DNA of 64,000 bases from Eledone cirrhosa (taxonomy: Eukaryota): NCBI GenBank assembly GCA_964016885.1, contig OZ024743.1, positions 144,460,001-144,524,000 of the forward strand, written 5' to 3'. Under the pieces are notes generated by a model. The model saw only the letters and a program-made list of their open reading frames with translations. It had not been told where the DNA came from and made no database searches. The first letter of the stretch is position 1, and every line of letters begins with the position of its first letter. This document shows, one piece after another, positions 26,780-40,189 of the stretch. The translations under genes were made by a program, and so were the position numbers.

Positions 26780-29700
26780 TAGAGAGATAAGTTTCTATTT
26801 ATTAGCCACGAGGGCACAAAAGAAGGGGACAAATACAAGGGGGGGGGGGTTACATAAAAGAACGAGTAAAAAACAAATAACAAATATAAAATTAACAATA
26901 CAGCCCTCAATAGGGAGGAGGCGTTTTGGGGGTCGCCCCCCCCCCCGAAAAAGTGTGCAACCCTTTTCCTTAGGAGCACAGAGAGAGGGTGCTCCCTTGA
27001 AATTCCATCTATCCACCTACAGGCTGATAAAGAGAGAAGGCCCATTCACACGGGCCATTCTTGCTACTTTCACCCACCTTTCATAAAACTTGCTGGGGTA
27101 GAGCACCTCTCTCTCCATTCTGATCCTTCTCTTAAAATGGTATTTAAAGAAAAGGACCAGTTGTTGGCCGGAGAGAAAGGTGTCCGACCTCAGCCCTTTC
27201 AAACGTGTCCACCATACCACCTCTTTCACTATGGCTATTACACAGAGGAAGACCGCCTCTCCTTCATTTTTGAAGGGGGGAGGCGGCTTGATCGTTACAA
27301 TGGACTCGGTGGTCAACCGGATTGGTGCCACCCGCGACAGCAGTCGTTCGACATAGACCCACAGATCGGCAACGCTCGGCCCGAGCAGTGTACCAATGCG
27401 TGCGCAACAGTTTCCTTGTCGCGCACGCATCTGGGACAGATCTTTTTCGAGGGGTCCCTACCCGGGCGCCCGTGTCTGTAGAGGCCTTTCTCAAACGAGT
27501 AGCAGCCCTCGGTAGCACTGCCAGGCCAGGGACCTCTGGAAGTTGTCCATAGGACCCGGGCCAAATATCCTACCGAATAGGCTGGCCAGTTCGTCTTCTT
27601 CCATTCCTAGGGCTTTTCCGAGGGCATCGTCGCACCTGCTAACCACCAGCCCTCTATAGAATGACGAGGTGGAGTCTCCACCGATAGCCGGGTCCGCCTG
27701 TCAGAGAGCGATGAGCTCCTGGGCACACTCGGTGTGCCAGGCGCCCAGTTTTCTCGGTCTTTGCTTGACCCAGGACTGCAACTCGGTGAGCGAGACGAGT
27801 CTCGGAAAGGCTCGCCTCACAAAAGGGGCCCACATCGGTTGACCGGTGAGGAATACCTGGAGGTGCCGTACCCTTATTGCGTGTTTACGCATCAGCAGCC
27901 ACAGCATCCTCAGCCTCCTTTCGAAGGGTATTGACATCAGATAGATGTCCTCCCCAAAGGAGCCCGCTTCTTCCAAAGGAATTGGAAGAGTGAGCGCTTC
28001 ATTTTGGTGAGCGTTTCCCTTGGGCAAGACACGACGGTCAGGAGGTAATAGATGACGGACGCTATATAAGCGTGCGCCACCTCCGCCCGACCTTTCAGGG
28101 ATAGTTTGCACTCGGCCCACTTCTGGGTCAGCGTAAACACCCTGTTCGATACCTCACCCCAGTTCTTATCCACCTGGAGGTCTGGCCCGAACCAGACCCC
28201 GAGCAACTTCACCGGGCCCTCCGTCCAACGTCCGACGACGCCATTGGAGGCCATCGGTTTGCCCCTCCACTCGCCGAGCTGCAAACCGACTGACTTGTCC
28301 CGGTTCAACTTAGCCCTTGTAAACCTTTCGTATTCCTCCAGTAAAGTGCCGATCGCCCCGATTTCCGAGGCGGTTGACACCATTACTGTCACGTCATCGA
28401 GTAGGCCGACACCGCTTTCCGCAATACCGGTTCCCAAAAGGTGCCCCGTAACAACTCCAACTTCCGCAGCAGTGGCTCGAGGGCCAATAGATACAGAAGG
28501 GAGGAGAGAGGGCATCCCTGTCGGATGGACCGCGTGATTTCGAACGGCTCCGAGAGGTAGCCGCTCACCTTGAACCTAGAGCAGATGCGGCTGCTGTGCA
28601 TGGCAGTGATCCAACCCCTGAAAACGAGTTCGAAACCTGCCGCCACTAGCACCGCATCCAGGTAACGATGGTCGACCCTATCGAACGCCTTAGATTGATC
28701 CAAGTTGATCAGGGCCCCAACAAAGCCGGGTTCGTTCCCAACCCTCTCTATGATGTATCGCATGAGGTGGAGGTTGTCGTGAATGGACCTGGATGGGATA
28801 GCGCATGTCTGCGTATCTCCCACCAGGTTGCCAACGACAAGCGCCAACTCTTTGCTAACACCTTGACCAAAATCTTTAACTCTGCATTTAGCCGAGTTAT
28901 GGGCCTGAAATTACTTATTTCATCCCTCTTGTTCTCGTCCTTCCTCACTAGCGAGACTACGCCCTTGGTCTCAGAACAGGGAATTCTCCCGTTCTGTTGC
29001 CAGTTGCAGTAGACCGTCTCGAGGAGATCGAAGAACAAGTCTGGCATACTTAAATACAGTTCGTATGGAAGACCATCGAGGCCCGGAGATTTGCGTCTGT
29101 CGCATTGGCTCAGCACGTCCCCTATTTCAGCAGCTGAGATCGGCCTCTCGCAAGACTTCGCCTCCTCGTCCGAAAGACGCGGCAGGCCGTCGAGGTATGG
29201 ACAGAAGTCTACATCCACATCCGGCCTCCCTCCCCTTCCTAACAATCGGGCAAAGTGCTTTGAAAGACCTCGCACATCTGCGTAGGTTCAAGGACCATCC
29301 GTCCATCCTGATCTCGCAAAGACCGGATAGTGGATCTAATCCCACTTTTGGCTTCTGTCACGCAAGCCCAACTAACAGCTTTGGTCCCCTCGTTTCCCAG
29401 AGCACGTATTTTGCTTCGGACAACGCAGCCTTCGTGTTTCGCTTCGAAGAACTGGCCCAAGGCCGTTCTCGATGCTAGCACTCTGGCTACGTCGCCGCTT
29501 CTAATTGCCTCTTCTACACTATCTACCAACTCACTTTCCTTCCTATTTCTATCTGAGGCTAACTCCTTACTAACACCTATTGAAACTACTCTAATCTCTC
29601 TTTTGAGAGAGCCCCACCACCAACCGCTCCTTAACTAAAGTACTAATCCGGTCCCTGTAAGCTTTACTTGCCGGTAAGGACAAGTTGAGCTTCCAGTAAC

Positions 29701-32515
29701 CGGGTCCCTGTCTATGCGTTCTATCAAGGTTGACTATGCAGGTCACTAACTTGTGATCTGAATAGCCAACCATGAGCATTTCTGGACAACTTAAAAATTC
29801 CCTCTCCTTATTTCTAACTAAGAACCTATCTAGGTACGATCTAGATTGACCGTTGTGGTTTGTCCAAGTCCAGGTTGTCACAGTCGGAAAATCTAGTCGA
29901 TATCTATCAGCCAGGTCGAATCGGCCGATTAACCCCTTGAGGCTGTTACAACCCCCTCTATCGGGACATGCCCCCACATAGTCCCAACGTGCATCTAGGA
30001 TACAATTCCAGTCCCCCACTAAAAGCAAGGAGCGGGACGTCCCTAGAAAAGTCTCCAGACGATGGAAGAAATCCGACCGCGTTGACCCAAAAGGGCCGTA
30101 GACGGCGACCAGCCTAAAAGCTCCGCCTTCACCACTGCCAAGGTCCAGAACCACTAGTCGACCCTCCGAGTCCAAGTGTACCGTCTGTGTAGCGAGACGC
30201 AGATGTTTTTGCAGCAGAACGACAACCCCACCCCCACTGACAGAGATATGCGTGCATCTCAAAGTCATCAAAGGTGGGGGCCAGCTGTCCAACGCTGCTG
30301 ATCCGGGCCTCGCAAATAACCATCACATTTATACATCGTGACCTGAGGTCATTTAGAAGCATTGCTTGCTTCCGAAGTGAGCCCAGGCCACGAGCATTTA
30401 GACAACCTACTCTCAACACAGCCATGTTGGTGGTAAAGAGAAAAGGCACTTACCTCTCTGCGTCCCGAGGACCGGGCCTCACAATTTCCATGGGGGTGGG
30501 GGAGGGGTTGTTGGGTGGGGTGGTGGTTTGTGGAAGTGTAGGGGCATCAGTGTGTTGTGGGGTTGGGGCGTTTGTAGTTGAGTGGGTGTCTGGGTAGGGG
30601 GTGGGGAAATGTTTTTAGGAGGATACGGTTGATTGGCTTGGCGCAGGGGGGCGGGACACGTCCTCCGTGAAATTGATTTTTAATGTTTTAAATAAGTTCA
30701 TTGGGACTTTAACCATTTTTAAATGTGGTAGTCCCACAGCAGTCACAAAATTAGGCCCTTCGGTCCAAACCGAAGGTTTTCAAATTTGTTTTCATTAATT
30801 CTTTGTTGTTTGTGTTCATGTATGTATATTGTAAAGTTTTTTTTTGCGTTGCAGTTAATGTTGTGTAATGGGGAGGGGTGTTTTCTATATAGTTTGTTTT
30901 CTCTTGGGGAGGGTTTATTTTAATATGTGTGTCTGTGGTGCGCCTCCTCTACTTTCTTTTTACTACTTGGAAAGGATCTCCGTCTTGCGACAAAAGGGGA
31001 TCGTCTTCCGTATTGGGTGGGAGGGGTATATTTTCCGGTAGTGTTTGCGGTGTGTGTGTTTTTGTATTTGTTTTGGGTGGGGAGGGGTTGGTGGGACAGT
31101 GTTCTGTGTTGTTTTTTCACGTTTTTGTTGTTGTTGTGGCGGTGGTAGTGGCGGTGGTGGAGGTGGTGTTGTTGGTTTTTGTTGTCGTTGTGGTGGTGGT
31201 GGTGTATTTAGTTGTTTTTGTGGTGGTGGTGTTGGTTGTTTTTGTTGTTGTGGTGTTTGTAGCAAATGTCTTTTAGGTGTTAGCTGAGGACAGGCAGCCC
31301 TCAGGTGACCTCTGTCACCACAGAGGTAACAGGAGGGTCGCCTACCCTCCACAATGATGTTGAGGTAGTTACGGTCATCCAGCATGACGCGTTCAGGGAT
31401 TTGGGCGATACGTTCCGGCCTTATTTTGGGTCAAAATTTCGATGCCCGTTCCACTGAACGCGTCGCCTGATGCCTTCCCTACTGAGATTAAATTGTCCTC
31501 GTCTAAATTGAGGAAACCGGTTAGTAACCACCAGTACTCAATGTTCGGGATGATTGTGTTGATCCAAATTCTTTGTGTTTTTTTTACCCATGTAGGTTGG
31601 GAAAAAGGTGTAGTTCGTGGAACAAATTGGCGACACAGAGTATTTTTTCGCCGCCAATTCGTCTTTCATCAATATGGATAAACTCCCATAGAGTTTATCC
31701 TTTTGTATAAATACTATGTCCTTCATGGCCTCTTTTAGGATCAACTGAATCTCAGATTGAGATGGCTGTGATGTTTTTTTGGTTTTGTTTGCAATTGTAC
31801 GGAATACAACAGTTCTTAATTCAGTCTGTTTTTTAAGTTCTGGGGGCGAATTGATGGAAAAAGATCTGTTTTCGCCAAAAGATACGTATTTTTTGGCTTT
31901 TTCAAGCATTTCTCTTGCGTTTGATATATCTTCAAGCACATAAGTGACGGATTTTTTAGCAGTCTGTGCAAAGGATACTTTTTATCGTTGTTGGTGTTTG
32001 AGTTGTTCTGTTTCTCGTTGTAGTTTTCAATTTTTTCAGTGTTGGAGTTGGAGTTATTTTCATTTTTGTTGCTGCTGTTTTCCTCATTTGGAGTGTTGGT
32101 GTTGTCATTGTTAGTGTTTTCGTTGTTAATTTTGTTGTAACTAATTGGGTTTGCACCCGTATTTACATGTTTGTTGGGCATATCACCGTTCTCAGAGTCT
32201 TTTAAAAAGTTGAAGGGGGAAAGCAAAGCGCTTTGTACCGCTTACTTCTTTCTCTCCTCTTCCTTAGTGGGCGTGACATTTCCGTTCAAATGTGATACAG
32301 ATATGGCGTCTATTTTTGACATGCGAGTCAACAAAAACTTTTCAGGAGTAGTTTTTACCCCCAAAAGGGGTAAAATACGATGACCACCAGTCTACAGACC
32401 TAGCCGGGAGGTTAAAAGACACGAAGACAACACAATAAAAAACAAACACTTACTGTTAATAGGTAAAAAATTCAGAAAGGTAGGAGCCGATGTTGCAAGC
32501 GTCTATACTATGCGA
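26780..32515 (-). mobile_element. Tx1-like element E, full length, degraded, in (GATA)n
   Basis: ORF1 CYLCGDRGHLRAAC; APE CLNARGL/GDWN/SDH; RT; flanks (TAGA)n. Confidence 0.93.
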
Positions 32516-32527
32516 GATAGATAGATA

Positions 32528-35500
32528 TATTTCTTTATTTGCCACAAGGCTGCACAAGAAAAGGGGACAATAAATAGACATGCCGGGGATTTTACATACA
32601 GTCGCGTAAAAAAATATAAAACAAACAATTACAACAATCGAAATCCCCAATAGGGGGGAAGCGCCACAAATGGGTTGTTTAATACCCCGTCGATAGAACA
32701 ACCCTCCACTTCAGAAGCCTGTTGTGCAAGTGCTCCTTTCTTCCTTTTGCTCTCATCTTTAACCTACAGGCTTATAAACAGAGAAGGCCCAATCACTCGG
32801 GCCACTTTCGCTTCATTCACCCACCTTTCAGTAAATTTACTGGGGTGCAGTGCCTCTCTCTCCACTCTGATTCTCCTTCTAAAGTGATACTTAAAGAAGG
32901 GAATCAATTGTTGTCCGGAGAGAAAGGCATCTGTCCTCAGTCCTCTTAATCTCGTCCACCATATAACTTCTTTCACTATAGCCACTGTACAGAGGAAAAC
33001 CGCCTCTCTTTCGTTATTGAAAGAGGCTGGCGGTTTGATCCTTACTATAGACTCGGCAGTCAACTGGCTTTGTCCCATACGCGACAGCAGTTGTTCTGCA
33101 TAGTTCCACAGGTCGGTTACGCCCGGGCAGTGTACAATTGCGTGCAGGACGGTTTCAATGTCCTGCGCGCATCTTGGACACGTCCTCTTGGAAGGATCCC
33201 TGCCGGGGCGTCCGTACCTGTATATCTTGTCACGAATCGGTAGAGCTCCTCGGTAGCACTGCCAGGCCAGGGACCCCAAACAGACTGGTGAGCTCATCGT
33301 CTTCGACGCCCAGAGTCTCTCCGAGCACGTTGTCGCCCTTGTAACGTACAATCCCTTTATAGAATGTTGAAGTAGAGTCTCCACTGATTGCTGTGCCCCC
33401 TTGCCAGAGGACTGTGAGCGCCTGGGTGCATTCAATGTGCCAGGCGCCCATCGTTTTCGGTCTTTTCTTGACCCAGGACTGCAGCTCTGTCAGCGAGACG
33501 AGCTGCGGGAAAGCCTGTCTCACAAACGGTGCCCACACAGGTTGAGGGTCGGTGAGGAATACCTGGAGATGCCGCTACCTCAGCGCATGTTTGCGCATCA
33601 TCAGCCACGGCATTCCCAGCCCTCCGTTGGAAGGGTGCTTACAGCAGACGGTTCTCCTCACCATCGGAGCCTGCTTCTTCCACAGAAACTGGAAGAGCAT
33701 GCGTTCCATCTTGGCGAGGTGTTCACGGGGACAAGGCACGACAGTCAAGCGGTAGTAGATGACGGACGCTATGAAAGTGTTCGCCACCTCCGCTCGACCT
33801 TTCAAGGACAGTTTGCACTCTGCCCACTTCTGGGTGAGTGCAATCACCTTGGTCGTGACCTCGTTCCAGTTTTTCTCCACCTGGAGGTCTAGACCGAACC
33901 AGACCTCGAGCAATTTCACCGGTCCGTCCGTCCAGCGTCTAACGACGCTGTCGGACGTCATCGGTTTGCCTCTCCACGTACCGAGCTGCAAACCGACAGA
34001 TGTGTCCGGGTTTAATTTTGTTCCCGTCAGCGTTTCGTATTCTTTCAGTAAGTTGCCGATCACCCCGATTTCCGAGGTGCTCGACACCATTACCATCACG
34101 TCGTCGGCATAAGCCGACGCCGCTTTGCGCAGTGCCGGTTCTAGAGGGATGCCCTGCAACAGCTCCAATTTCCGCAGTAGTGGCTCTAGAGTCAATACAT
34201 ACAGAATGGAGGAGAGAGGGCACCTCTGTCGAATGGAACGCGTGATTGCGAACGGCTCCGATAGGTAGCCGTTTACCTTAACCCTCGAGCAGATGCTGGC
34301 GTGCATCGCCTCGATCCAGCCTCTGAAAACGGGACCGAAACCGGCCGCCTTGAGAACCGCTTCCAAGTATCGATGGTCGACCCTATCGAATGACTTAGAC
34401 TGATCCAAATTGATCAGAGCCCCACCGAAGCCGGGTTTACTACCCACCCTCTCTATGATATATCGCATGAGGTGGAGGTTGTCGTGTATGGACCTGGTCG
34501 GGATTGTACACGTTTGCGCTTTCCCTACCAGGTTCCCGACGACAAGCGCCAACCTCGTCGCTAGCACCTTGGCCAAAATCTTTAACTCTGTGTTGAGCAG
34601 AGTTATGGGCCTGAAGTTGTTAATTTCGTCCCCCTTGTTCTCGTCTTTCCTTACTACACCCTTGCCTGCAGAACTGGGAATTCTCCCGTTCTGCTGCCAA
34701 TTGCAGTAGACGGCTTCGAGGACGCCAGAGAACAAGTCCGGCATGCCTATGTAAAACTCATAGAGTAGACCATCTAGATCGGGTGACTTGCGTTTCCCGC
34801 AGCGGCCCAGAGCGTCCCGTATCTCAGTGTCCGTGATAGGTCTTTAGCAGAGAAGTTATATTTAGAGAGTTGTTATGTTGCCACAAGGAACCAGGTTTGG
34901 TAGAAAGATATGATAGGAATATCGACAACGACTTTAGCTTGTTTTTACATAATTTATTAACAAAGGTTAAGAAGTGAATTAAGCTGGCATGCCAAGAATA
35001 ATGAAATAATTCAATTAAGATTACAAGAGAAAATATGGTCGACTGGCTGAGGCGTTTGGCCAGGTCCGTAGTAATGTTTTGTTGTTACATATTGTTTGTA
35101 CTTACGGAGCAAAAGAACAAGTGGTGTTTACCTTAGCATGGTCAAGCTGCGAGTCTGAGATTTCTCAAATCTTCGCGGGCTATTTCTCCCTCAGAACGTG
35201 TAGGGATACATCCTCTTCTCCTGGCGCTGATTGGCTGAGCTGAGCCAAATCACGCACAGAGAATGTATGTGAGCCCGCGGAATGTAGGTCACTACATCAC
35301 CTCCGAGCAGATTTTTAGCCGAAAATCGTTAACGATGAAGCCAAGGACCCACAAAGTACAGTTTACACCCCCCCCCCCCTTCTAGACGGTAGTTGATACA
35401 GATTATTGAATCAGCAAGAACAAATGCTGAAAGAGCACATCAGTGAAAAAATAATTGAGCAGAAAGATGCATGCAAGAAAAAAAATGAGGCGCTACGGGC

Positions 35501-38500
35501 CGTGTTGAGCCGCTGTCAAATGACTAGCCGTTTTGTAGTTTATACGTGACCACCAAAGGTCTAACAGAAAACGGATAAAGTCTGACATGGGCGAAGTTGC
35601 GGTTCTTGCATTAAATGTTAATGGTAAGTGTTGTACCAGTAGCTGTGGACGAAGCTATTATGGTAGTTTACCAGTGCTGGCAAGAAGATGATGGGTAGGC
35701 AAGAAAATGTTGGCCTCCCAGATGTATTGCCGAATGTGCTAGGGAGCCAGGAAAAAATGGCTGGTTGCTTTGATAAGAAAAAAAGCAAGCTGAATCTCTA
35801 GGTGGGTTGCAGTCCCACAATTCGGGCGAATTCACAGAAGTGGTGGAAATGCTGACAAGTCCAGTTCTATTTGTTGTTTTCCCGGTGAGTTGGGTAAGAT
35901 AACAAGATAGAGGTTGTTATGGACGATGAATGTGCAACGAGATGCGAAACTGTTTGAGTTCAGCTGCAACTAGCATTCTCGTGTTGCGGTGCAGGTGAAT
36001 TAAGCTGCAAGTGTCGATAGCATGTTTTGGTACCTCCAGAAGGTGAAAAGGGATCTCGCAGAATATTATGACGCTTGAAGATCACATACCATAGACAACA
36101 ACATGTTTGTGTGTGTATATATGCAGGCATGTAATACAGCAAAGAAAATGTGTGCGTGCGGTCACATATACAATGATAGAGAGAAATGAATTTACATATA
36201 ATACAGTTTTAAAAAAATAAATGTCCAAAATAAATGCCTGAAAAAAAAGGAAGAAAGAAAGAATTGTTTCTTTTCTTTTAACAAAAAGTTCACTTCTTTT
36301 TTCTTTGGGAACGCTCTTACTAGGGAGCTAGTAGAGTTGTTGTTGTTGTTAAAGCAAAGTCACAATGAATCTTCTGTAGAGTCGAAGTCTAGCGTTGAAG
36401 AACCTAGAGTCACCAATATGGCGGCCACGTCTGACGCCATAATGGTGAGAAAACTAATTTCTTAATTTCTCTAGTGAATTGAGCTGGCATGCCAAGAATA
36501 ATGAAATAATTCAATTAAGATTACAAGAGAAAATACGGTCGACTGGCTGAGGCGTTTGGCCAGGCCCGTAGGAATGTTTTGTTGTTACATATTGTTTGTG
36601 CTTACGGAGCAAAAGAAGAATTGGTGTTTACCTTAGCATGGTCAAGCTGCGAGTCTTAGATTTCTCAAATCTTCACGGGCTATTTCTCCCTCAGAACGCG
36701 TAGGGATACATCCTCTTCTCCTGGCGCTGATTGGCTGAGCTGAGCCAAATCACGCACAGAGAATGTATGTGAGCCTGCGGAATGTAGGTCATTACAGGTC
36801 TTTCGCAGAATTCGGCGTTCGTGTTCGAGAGACGCGGCAGGCCGTCGAGATATGAACTAAAGTCCATTGCCCCGTTCGGCTCACCGTCGTTCTGCTCAAA
36901 TAGTCGCGTAAACTGCCGCTGAAAGGCCGCGCATATTTGCTTGGGGTCAAGTAGCACGCGTCCGTTTTGGTCTTTCAAAGACCGAATCGTGGACTTGTTG
37001 CCACTTTTTGCCTCCGCCACTCGGGCCCAGCTGACAGCTTTCGCTCTTTCGTTTCCTAGAGCACGTGTTTTGCTTCTGACTACACAGCCTTCGTGTTTCG
37101 CATCGAAGAACTGGTCCAGTGCCGTTCTCGACGCTAACACTCTAGCCGCGTTGCCACTTCTAAGTGCCTCCTCTACCTTGGCTACTAGTTCTCTTTCTCT
37201 TTTGTTTTTCTCTAAGGCTAACTCTCTGCTAAACCCTATCTATTCTATTCTAATTGCTTTCTTGAGAGAGTACCACCATCTATTGTTGACGATGGCTCCC
37301 GTTAACTGTTGCTTGACTAGTCTACTTATCCGTTCACTGTAAGCTTTACGTGCCGAAAACGACACGTTCAGCTTCCAGTATCCGGGTCCTTGTTTATGTG
37401 TTCTATCACGGTTGACTAATCAGACGACTAATTTGTGATCTGAATAGGCAACCATTTGCATTCGTGGACAGCTTAACATCTCTTTGTCCCTTTCTCTAAT
37501 GAAGAACCTATCTAAATACGATCTAGATGTCACGCTGTGGTTTGCCCACGTCCACTGTGGTGCAGTCGAGAAATCCAGTCGATACCTATCGGCCAGTTGG
37601 AATTGGCCGATTAAAGTTTTGAGGCTGTTGCACCACCCTCTACTGGCTGTTGCACCACCCTCTACATAGTCCCATCGTGCATCTAGGATACCATTCCAGT
37701 CCCTCACTAAAGGTAAGGAGCGTGACCTTCCCAGAAAAGACTCTAGATGCTTAAAGAAGTCTGGCCGTGATTGCGATTGCCTGGTCGCGGCATAAACGGC
37801 CACCAGTCTGAAGGCTCCACCTCCAATACTGTTCACGTCTAGGACTACCAGTCTACTCTCCGGGTCCAAGTGTACTTGCTATACTTCGACGTCCAAGTTC
37901 TTCCGAAACATGACAGCCACTCCACCTCCACCTCCTGGCTGACAGAGAGATGCGTAGATCTCAAAGTCGTCGAAGATGGGGGTTAGTTGCTGCCTGTTGT
38001 GGATCCTGGACTCGGTGATGGCTATCACATCCATACCGTGTGACCTAAGGTCGTTTAAAAGTTGGGCCTGTTTCCAGGGCATCCCTAGGCCACGCACATT
38101 CACGCTTCCAACTCGTAAACTAGCCATGTTGGTGAAGAAGAGTTGGCGAAAAAGGACGAAAGGTGCACTTACCTTTTTGTTTCCTGGAGATCGGGTTGTT
38201 CAATCTCCATTTGGATGCTGGATGGGGTGTTGGGTGGGGTGGGGAAACATTTTAACAGGACGCGGTTGATGGGTTTCTGGCAGGGGTTGCCCACGTCCTG
38301 TGAACATTTATTTTTCAGGTCATTATAGGTTTCCATAGAAACCCTTATAAGTTTAAGGTGTGGAGACGATTCTGCCTTGACGAAAGTTTTGCCCTCCGTC
38401 TCCATCTTAGGGTTTTGGGAGATGACCTCCATCAAACTCTTGTTGTTTGTGTTGATGTATGCGTATTGTTGTTTGTGTTTTTGTTGTGTTGTTTTAGTTT

Positions 38501-40165
38501 GTTGTTCTTCCGGTAGGTGCTTGTGTTTGGGGTGGTGTTGGTGTTGGTTTTGCTGATAGGGGGATGTTTGACTGTGGTGTTGTTTGTGTTGTTGTTTGAG
38601 TCTGTGGTTGTGTGTTGGTGTTGGTGATTGGAGTTTTGGGGGTTTTGTGGTGTCTTTTTTTGTTTTTTAGATTTCCGCGGTTCTCCCTCTTCTTCACTTA
38701 AAGAAGGAGAAGCAGCTTCATCCGTCGATGAATAATCATCGTCAGGAGTGTGGGGTAGGGTATGTTGTGTGGTGGTGGTGTATCGGTGTGTGTGTTTGTG
38801 GTAGTGTTTGATGGAGTGGGATGGGGTGGGGCTGTGTTCTTCAGGGTGTTGTCTCTGTTTTTTCTGTTGTTGTTGGTTGAGTGGCTGTTTGTTTTGGTGT
38901 GTTTGCTCGTTTCGTCTGTTGTTGTTGTTGTTGTTGTTGTGGTGGTGGTGGTAGTGGTAATTATTTTGGTGTTGGTGTTGGTAAAAGTACTTTTTTTTAA
39001 AGATTTGTTTGTAAAGGGCATGAGGCTTTTAGGTGGGATGTGCTTGCACATCGAAAACAGTGTGGCTTTCTGCCTCCAGTTAGGATGTTGATGTAGTTCT
39101 GGTTGTCGACCAACACTCTTTCGGGGATTTTGGAAATTCTTTCTGGTGTCATTTGTATCAGAATTTCCAAATTTGCCCTGCCCACCTTTGTCTGGTCGAT
39201 TTCCTGACCGAAAGAATTGTATCACTTTCTGGCTCTATAAAACCGGCCAAGATCCACCAAATGTTGATGTTCGGTGGTATATTATTTATTTTAATTTTTG
39301 AGTTCTTTTTCCCATGTAAGTAGGGAAAAAGGTGTGCTTTTGTGATTACTGGTGTAACAGAATGCTTTTGTGCGAGGGCCTCGCTTGTAAAAAGTACCGA
39401 AACACTTCCATATAGTCTGGCCTTCTGCATAAACTCAATGTCCGGCAGAGCTTCTTTCAGGGTTGTTTCGATTTTTCCTTGACTGAGGAATACCGATTCT
39501 TTCGTTTGATTTGAAACAGTTCGGAAGGTTACTGTCCTTCGAACTGTTTCTCGTTTAATTTGCAAGGGTGAGTTTATATGAAATCCACCCTTTTCTTCAA
39601 AGGTTATGAATTGTTTTGCATCGGTCAACATTTGTTTGGAGTTGCTTATTGTCGATGTGTTTGTACTCTGTTTTATTTATCAGTCTGTGCGAATGTTGTT
39701 TTTTCAATTTTGTTGTTGTTGTTGGTTTTTCCGTTTGTAGTTGTGTCAATTGTTTCTGCATTTTCTGTATTTTTGGGCTGTTATTTTCATCTTTTGTTGT
39801 GTAAATATCCATTTCTTTACGAAACGAAGTTTTGTTGTTGACAGTCGTATCTATGACGACGTCCATAGTAGCAGAAGCAGATATAACGTTAAAATCTGCC
39901 TCTTTCTCTCTATTTTCTCTGTTTACGTCCTCCAGCGTTCTTTCCGTGTTATTCATGTTTTATAGTTGGCAAAATTGTATAATTTAAAACAATTTTTAAA
40001 TTAAATTTTCGCCCCCAAAGGGGCGAAAAATTGGATTACCACTCAGCTGACAATTCAGCTTGGGGGTTAATCTACAAAATAATATGTTTTTTCAAACAAT
40101 TTGTTCTGTTTTTCGTATATAAATTTACAAAAAATCTTACCGGCGATGTTCCACGCGTCAGGCAG
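32528..40165 (-). mobile_element. Tx1-like element F, full length, interrupted by an LTR element, in (GATA)n
   Basis: ORF1 CFRCASTSHLKASC; APE 37420-38127; RT 33575-34744. Confidence 0.93.
34871..36796 (-). mobile_element. Small non-autonomous LTR retroelement
   Basis: Direct repeats 34974-35296 and 36474-36796 beginning TGTA(G/A)TGAC on the minus strand; purine tract ggaggtga before the left LTR; PBS-like TGGTGAC at about 36409-36415; no intact ORF. Confidence 0.75.
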
Positions 40166-40189
40166 AAAGAGAGAGAGATAGATAGATAT

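Noticed and set aside
11572-38269. Plus-strand ORFs across the Tx1 array
   Set aside because: Antisense shadows of GC-rich ORF2 or of trinucleotide-rich ORF1
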